From positions 1 to 38,557 of the IMG/VR virus record IMGVR_UViG_3300011435_000030: a stretch of 38,557 nucleotides of DNA, one strand, 5' to 3'. This DNA comes from a virus (taxonomy: Duplodnaviria; Caudoviricetes). This document shows positions 34,228 to 38,557 of the stretch, piece by piece. The position numbers and the translations under genes are program-made. Under the pieces are notes generated by a model that did not search any database, had not been told where the DNA came from, and saw only the letters and a program-made list of their open reading frames with translations. Within the stretch, counting starts at the first letter, position 1, and every line of letters starts with the position of its first letter.

Positions 34228-34707
34228 ATGACCACATATCAGCACCTCACGCGCTACACCCGCCCAAGCAATTTCGCGGACTTCTCCGACCTTAACCGCG
34301 GCGAGTACTACGTAGCCTATGGTCAGCACCGGGACTCGGACACGCTGGCGCAGTCCAATTTTCGCAGCATGTTGCGAGCATTGGGCGGCGAATCGGAAAC
34401 CGTGCTCGTCTTGCGCGATTCCCATTGGGCCGTGGGTTGGGTCGAGTCCATCTATATCCACGAATCAAACGCAACCGCCTGCGACACCGCCGATCGCATC
34501 CTGGCGGCGCTCGAGGATTATCCGATTGTGGACGAATCCGACTTCAGTGACTTGGAGGTTGAAACCGCCTGCGAGTACTGGGCCGGCATGGGTGTTTCTG
34601 AGCGGATGGAATGGTGCCGGCGCTATGACGTCTCGATCTTTGCCGCACGCAGGAATGAAGTACCAGACGATCGGCGCGGCGAACTGATTTCAGCACTCGC
34701 AAGCTAG
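34228..34707 (+). CDS. Conserved phage early protein (RDSD..SNF / HWAVGWVE / DYP family)
   Basis: Motifs recurrent in phage early regions (recalled); AAGGG RBS. Confidence 0.75.
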   Translation: MTTYQHLTRYTRPSNFADFSDLNRGEYYVAYGQHRDSDTLAQSNFRSMLRALGGESETVLVLRDSHWAVGWVESIYIHESNATACDTADRILAALEDYPIVDESDFSDLEVETACEYWAGMGVSERMEWCRRYDVSIFAARRNEVPDDRRGELISALAS

Positions 34708-34721
34708 GCCCGGAATGTAGA

Positions 34722-34756
34722 GACAAGGGCCGGCCCGCTCGGGTTGGGCCTTTGTC
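34722..34756 (+). terminator. Intergenic stem-loop
   Basis: GACAAGGGCC...GGCCTTTGTC. Confidence 0.5.
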
Positions 34757-34792
34757 CCTGCAATCAGGCAGGCGCTCCGAAAGGGTAAGCAG

Positions 34793-35284
34793 ATGACCAA
34801 GCGCGAAGCACTCCGACAGGCACAGCAGGAAAACACCCTCCTCGAGCTGGGCTTCACCCGTAGCGAGGCCGAGAGCCTGCGCCGTATCTCGATGACACTG
34901 CGCCGCTGGCATGAGCTGGAATGCGGAACGGATTCGTACTGCATCTCGCGCGGCAAGTGGAACCAGGAAACGCAGGAATTCGACCACGACGACGACGGCA
35001 AGCCACACTATGAATGGGCCGGCGGCAAGGGCAAGCACAGGTACACGCCCATTGCAGACCGTGAGACGGGCGCACGCAAGCGTTTGGCGGCCATCATTTC
35101 GGCCCGCAACGCGCGGCAGACGCCGATCTGTGCTGGGTATTACGGCGTTTCGCAGTCGTACCAAGTGTCGGCGTTCATCCAAGGCGATCCCCGCGGCGCG
35201 GCGCTCTACATCATCCGGCCGGGCGACGTGCCCGAGGGCAAGTCTGTCGAGAGCTATTACAACCGCGGGATCTGCGTGTATTGA
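34793..35284 (+). CDS. Conserved phage early protein (RW.E.ECG / QGDPRG..LY family)
   Basis: 163 aa, GAAAGGG RBS. Confidence 0.75.
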   Translation: MTKREALRQAQQENTLLELGFTRSEAESLRRISMTLRRWHELECGTDSYCISRGKWNQETQEFDHDDDGKPHYEWAGGKGKHRYTPIADRETGARKRLAAIISARNARQTPICAGYYGVSQSYQVSAFIQGDPRGAALYIIRPGDVPEGKSVESYYNRGICVY

Positions 35285-35297
35285 GATTTGAGGCCGA

Positions 35298-35768
35298 ATG
35301 AAGAAAACACACTGGGCCGAGCGATTCTGGGACAAGGTGAACAAATCCGCCGGCTGCTGGGAATGGACCGGCGGAACGAACGGGTACGGCTACGGAGTCC
35401 TAGCCATAGCACATGGACGGCCACGGCTCGCGCATCGTCTGTCGTGGGAATTAGCACATGGCCCCGTGCCGGATGGCCTGTGCGTGCTCCATCGCTGCGA
35501 TAACAGGCTTTGCATCAGGCCTGATCACCTGTTCATTGGCACTAGGTCAGAGAATACCAAGGATAGGCACGACAAGGGGCGAACGGCGCGCGGAGAAAGC
35601 TTCACCCCATCAAAGCTAACAGCCGCACAGGTCGCAGATATTCGCGCACGCTACGCGGCCATCCCACGCTACGCCAGAGGCCGAATGCGCCCGCTGTTGC
35701 GCGAGTTCGGCATCGCACAATCAACGCTGTATTCAATCGTTAACGAACAGACATGGAGGCGACCGTGA
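35298..35768 (+). CDS. HNH homing endonuclease with C-terminal HTH
   Basis: CWEWTG..GYG..AHRLSWEL..GPVPDGLCVLHRCDNRLCIRPDHLFIGT..EN; KLT..QV..IR. Confidence 0.92.
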   Translation: MKKTHWAERFWDKVNKSAGCWEWTGGTNGYGYGVLAIAHGRPRLAHRLSWELAHGPVPDGLCVLHRCDNRLCIRPDHLFIGTRSENTKDRHDKGRTARGESFTPSKLTAAQVADIRARYAAIPRYARGRMRPLLREFGIAQSTLYSIVNEQTWRRP

Positions 35769-36019
35769 GTTCGTTTATGCTCCGTCACATCCCGCCCGGA
35801 CTTGTCGCCAGAGCCAAGGACCGAGCGCGGGCCAATGGCACCACCCTAGACTCTGCCCTGCTGGTCTGGCTGGAGGCGTACGCCGAGGGCACGGATAACG
35901 TCTCAGCGGGCCGCAGGGGAGGCGCAGCGCGCGCGGCTGCCCTGACCCCTGATCGGCGCGCGGAGATTGCGAGGCAAGGCGCTGAGGCGCGTTGGAAGGG
36001 CACGAGGGAGGAGTTATGA
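35765..36019 (+). CDS. Ribbon-helix-helix regulator with basic C-terminal GRRGG..RA..LTP..R.EIA motif
   Basis: SFMLRHIPPGL..RAK.RA...G.TL; GTGA coupling. Confidence 0.7.
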   Translation: MSSFMLRHIPPGLVARAKDRARANGTTLDSALLVWLEAYAEGTDNVSAGRRGGAARAAALTPDRRAEIARQGAEARWKGTREEL

Positions 36020-36192
36020 ATCACGCACTCACGCACATCGCCAAAATAGACAGGACCTGCCACAAGTGCGGCGGGACCATCAAGGCCGGTGAACAGTATC
36101 GGCAAATCCGCGAGCGCGCCGTGAGCTACCACGAGGCCGCACACGCCGGCACCATGTATCCCGCTCGGCGGGTCTGTGCGAGGTGCGCGTAA
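36016..36192 (+). CDS. Small Zn-ribbon protein
   Basis: CHKCGGTIKAGEQY...CARC. Confidence 0.65.
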   Translation: MNHALTHIAKIDRTCHKCGGTIKAGEQYRQIRERAVSYHEAAHAGTMYPARRVCARCA

Positions 36193-36193
36193 A

Positions 36194-36457
36194 ATGCCAG
36201 GAACGAACGCCGGCACCGGACAGCCTCTTACGCTGCGCTGTGCAAAATGCAAGCGGTCGGGCCGCTATCAGTGGAGCGCGCGCGGCGGGACAGACTTGGC
36301 GGCGACTGGTCGCACAAGGCCAGCAGCGCATAAGGCCATTCGGCAGACGAATCGGAAGATTGAATATAAGTGCAACGATTGCGGGCATGTTGGCTGGACA
36401 CAGCACATAGACGCCGAAAAGCTTGACGTTCCACGCGCCCGGCCCCGCCCGCGATAG
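36194..36457 (+). CDS. Small Zn-ribbon protein
   Basis: CAKC...CNDCGH.GW. Confidence 0.65.
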   Translation: MPGTNAGTGQPLTLRCAKCKRSGRYQWSARGGTDLAATGRTRPAAHKAIRQTNRKIEYKCNDCGHVGWTQHIDAEKLDVPRARPRPR

Positions 36458-36525
36458 TGGGGCTGGCGCATCGCAAGTAGTATCCTCGCGCGCAGGCCAG
36501 GGCTGGCCTTGCCGGCGCGCGGGGA

Positions 36526-36909
36526 TTAGGCGCTGAGTCCGAGCCTCTCCTGATACTGCCTCAGGTGGTCCCGGTGGATCTTCCAGCGGCCCCACTTGGT
36601 GCCCTTCCGGCTCGGCACCCAGACCGCGGGCAACTGGTGCGCGGCGATCTCGTCGCGGATGAAGCTGGCGCTGAATCCGGTCTTCAGGCCCGCCTCTTGG
36701 GGCGTGAGCCATTCGTGGTCATAGGTCGGCGTCAATGGCCTCTCCCTTGCTCGTCTCTGGGCCAAGCAGCATGGTTGACCCCGTTTGTGACTGGCCGCAC
36801 GACACATGCAGCGTCCCACTGCATGAAAAGGCAACCCGGCTGTTTCTGCATACCCACCCCCACGCAGGGTCAGATTCAGACTGGCCCTGCGCCTCTCCAG
36901 TGGGATCAT
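36526..36909 (-). CDS. Excisionase-like MerR/HTH_17 DNA-binding protein
   Basis: WLTPQEAG..TGFSASFIR..I...QLPA...RWKIHRDHL; alternative TTG start at 36735. Confidence 0.7.
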   Translation of the reverse strand: MIPLERRRASLNLTLRGGGYAETAGLPFHAVGRCMCRAASHKRGQPCCLAQRRARERPLTPTYDHEWLTPQEAGLKTGFSASFIRDEIAAHQLPAVWVPSRKGTKWGRWKIHRDHLRQYQERLGLSA

Positions 36910-37319
36910 TTTCGCTCTCGCTCCATCTGCTGTAAGGCGGTAGAGAGGGAGGCGACCCGATCGAGCACAATCGACAGCGCCCGATAGTCCTGCGCGGATC
37001 GGAATGTCTCGTTGGGATACCCAAAACCCTTCAGCAGTTTCTGCCGATACACCTGAGCGTCAACCAGGGCGCTCGCACACAGCCGCGTCACCCGCTCATG
37101 CGCCCACGCGTAGTCTTCTCCCTTCTCCTGCTCGGGGGAAGACGCGAGGGGAGGGGACAAGGCGGCTTCATGGATCGGATGGTCCCTGTGATACTCGCAG
37201 TCCCTACACCAAATATCGCGGTCGTCGCCCGGTTCGTAGGGCGTGCGCGAGTAAAACTCGTGCGGCGTCTGTTCCTCATCGGGCGCCGCCTCGCGCGATC
37301 CGGGCTGGTGCTCGCTCAT
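36906..37319 (-). CDS. Ead/Ea22-like mosaic early protein
   Basis: ATGA coupling; shares MSEHQPGSREA start with the next gene. Confidence 0.65.
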   Translation of the reverse strand: MSEHQPGSREAAPDEEQTPHEFYSRTPYEPGDDRDIWCRDCEYHRDHPIHEAALSPPLASSPEQEKGEDYAWAHERVTRLCASALVDAQVYRQKLLKGFGYPNETFRSAQDYRALSIVLDRVASLSTALQQMERERK

Positions 37320-37863
37320 TTCGAGTCTCCTGATGGGAGGGGAGGCGCAGGAAGTGGGACCAGATTGTCTAGTTCGCTGATATTGTCACCATCACGCACA
37401 CGGAGCAGCGCGGCATGCCAGCCTCGCTGGAATCCATCGGCTGAGCCTTGCATGCGAGCATGGGCCACACGCAGCGATTCTGAGTCCGCCCCGCTGGGCG
37501 AGGACGCCCCAGAGAGCGCAGCCGCCAGTTCGTCGGCGCACTCATCAAGGCAGCACTCGCACGCCCCGCCACCTTTTACGGCATTCGCTCGCCACTTCGC
37601 CACAAGCTCCCGTAACACGTCCTGCCCTGGAGGCTGAACCGTAGCCGCCCTAACATCAGCCAGCGCATGGCGATAGCCCTGCGCGTAAGCCTCTCGGAAT
37701 GTGTCATCCATCGCAATCGTCGGCGGGACCGGCACATTCATACAGGCCGGGCCGACCTCTGCATCGCTGACAGTCAGTGCCCACCGCAGGGCTCGCAGCG
37801 CCTCGCGTGATCCGGGCTGGTGCTCGCTCATTTCGAGTCTCCTGATGGGATGGGAGGCGCAGG
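37288..37863. repeat. 64-bp direct repeat (37288-37351 and 37800-37863) spanning gene junctions
   Basis: 2 mismatches; encodes PAPP.PSGDSK-stop / MSEHQPGSREA. Confidence 0.9.
37316..37831 (-). CDS. Ead/Ea22-like mosaic early protein
   Basis: Shares QPPGQDVLRELVAKWR and CADEL..AALSGASSP modules with the upstream gene. Confidence 0.65.
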   Translation of the reverse strand: MSEHQPGSREALRALRWALTVSDAEVGPACMNVPVPPTIAMDDTFREAYAQGYRHALADVRAATVQPPGQDVLRELVAKWRANAVKGGGACECCLDECADELAAALSGASSPSGADSESLRVAHARMQGSADGFQRGWHAALLRVRDGDNISELDNLVPLPAPPLPSGDSK

Positions 37864-38301
37864 TAAGGACATCCAGTGGGTCAGCCTTGGAGCCGCGCCC
37901 GAATGGTAGCCATCATTCGCCCATTGCCACTGATCGTAGGTTTTTGACCACCACACCGGGTGGACGACACCGGCCCACGTCAGGCCAATAACCATCCGAC
38001 AATCCTTCGGCGCCGTCTCAATCGGTTGCCACGCCCCGCTGGGCGAGGACACCCCATCCTTGTGCCGGTCGCAGCCGATGTCCGGACAGACCATCGTCGT
38101 CCCGCACGCACAGAGCACGGGCGAGGACGCCCCAGAGAGCGCAGCCGCCGCCTCGTCACGCAACAGGATGGCTTCTAGTTCGTCGGCGCATCCCTCTAAT
38201 GCAGCGGCCTGCCCCGTCTCCCATGCCCCGCTGTCATCAGACATCTCGGAACGCCACTTCGCCACAAGCTCCCGTAGCACGTCCTGCCCTGGAGGCTGAA
38301 C
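37590..38301. repeat. 50-bp direct repeat (37590-37639 and 38252-38301)
   Basis: 1 mismatch; encodes VQPPGQDVLRELVAKWR. Confidence 0.9.
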
Positions 38302-38472
38302 ATGGGGCGCAGCCTTGAGCCTGTCGTTCTCCGCTCGCAGATCGCGGACTTCCCTGTCGGCGGCGTCCAGCTTCGCAGACAGCGAGGCGTAATCCCGCTG
38401 ATGCGACTTCGCGTGTTGCTGAAGCAATTGAACGTCCGTCATGGGCTGGAACACTTCGTAATCTTTAGGCAT
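37828..38472 (-). CDS. Ead/Ea22-like protein with C-terminal DUF551 domain
   Basis: WQPIETAPKD...THWMSLPAPP; N-terminal coiled coil; AGGAG RBS. Confidence 0.8.
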   Translation of the reverse strand: MPKDYEVFQPMTDVQLLQQHAKSHQRDYASLSAKLDAADREVRDLRAENDRLKAAPHVQPPGQDVLRELVAKWRSEMSDDSGAWETGQAAALEGCADELEAILLRDEAAAALSGASSPVLCACGTTMVCPDIGCDRHKDGVSSPSGAWQPIETAPKDCRMVIGLTWAGVVHPVWWSKTYDQWQWANDGYHSGAAPRLTHWMSLPAPPIPSGDSK

Positions 38473-38557
38473 CTCGGCTCCTATCCTGCCCTGAAGGCTG
38501 ATCGCTCATCTCACCTGCTCCCTTCATCGCTTCCCTCGCCTCTGCGCCGCCGACAGC

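Larger units (their letters stand above)
1..38557. mobile_element. Temperate-type tailed bacteriophage genome (P22/podovirus-like morphogenesis module), partial or circularly permuted
   Basis: Contiguous terS-terL-portal-scaffold-MCP-adaptor-tail hub-ejection genes, cI/cro pair, tightly coupled ORFs (ATGA/TAATG overlaps), no host housekeeping genes. Confidence 0.95.

Noticed and set aside
33587-34795. Repeated intergenic motifs as a CRISPR array
   Set aside because: Repeats are degenerate and separated by whole genes, not 30-40 bp spacers; no cas genes
37288-38301. Repeat pairs as a diversity-generating retroelement TR/VR
   Set aside because: No reverse transcriptase in the window; repeats are short with only 1-2 mismatches and no adenine-specific pattern

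Overview
This window is most of the genome of a GC-rich, temperate-looking tailed phage with short-tail (P22/podovirus-like) architecture. No host genes, rRNA, tRNA or CRISPR array were recognised. Almost everything is on the - strand. The late operon runs terminase small and large subunits, portal, scaffold, HK97-type major capsid, decoration, head-tail adaptor, fibre/spike-like proteins, a gp10-like tail hub and four ejection-type proteins, with no tape measure. A late accessory block follows: XhlA-like membrane protein, metallophosphoesterase, C39-like peptidase, DUF1599-like protein, secreted trypsin-like protease and a large secreted beta-helix protein. A divergent cI/cro switch sits at about 3.1-4.0 kb, a + strand early cassette under a consensus sigma70 promoter at 33.5-36.5 kb, and mosaic ead/DUF551-like genes plus an excisionase-like HTH at the right end. 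No integrase or endolysin is recognisable. Main novelties: (1) two dif-like (XerC/XerD) sites with an identical XerC arm, one inside a long foldable hairpin, suggesting use of host Xer recombination instead of an integrase; (2) a membrane-anchored CII-like HTH followed by an unannotated secreted Cys/Trp peptide in the lysis-lysogeny region, a candidate signalling module; (3) a Tat-signal protein that is a paralog of part of the major capsid protein; (4) several signal-peptide-bearing proteins among tail/late genes; (5) a pair of related structured RNA leaders. Product calls come from motif recognition by eye, not database searches.
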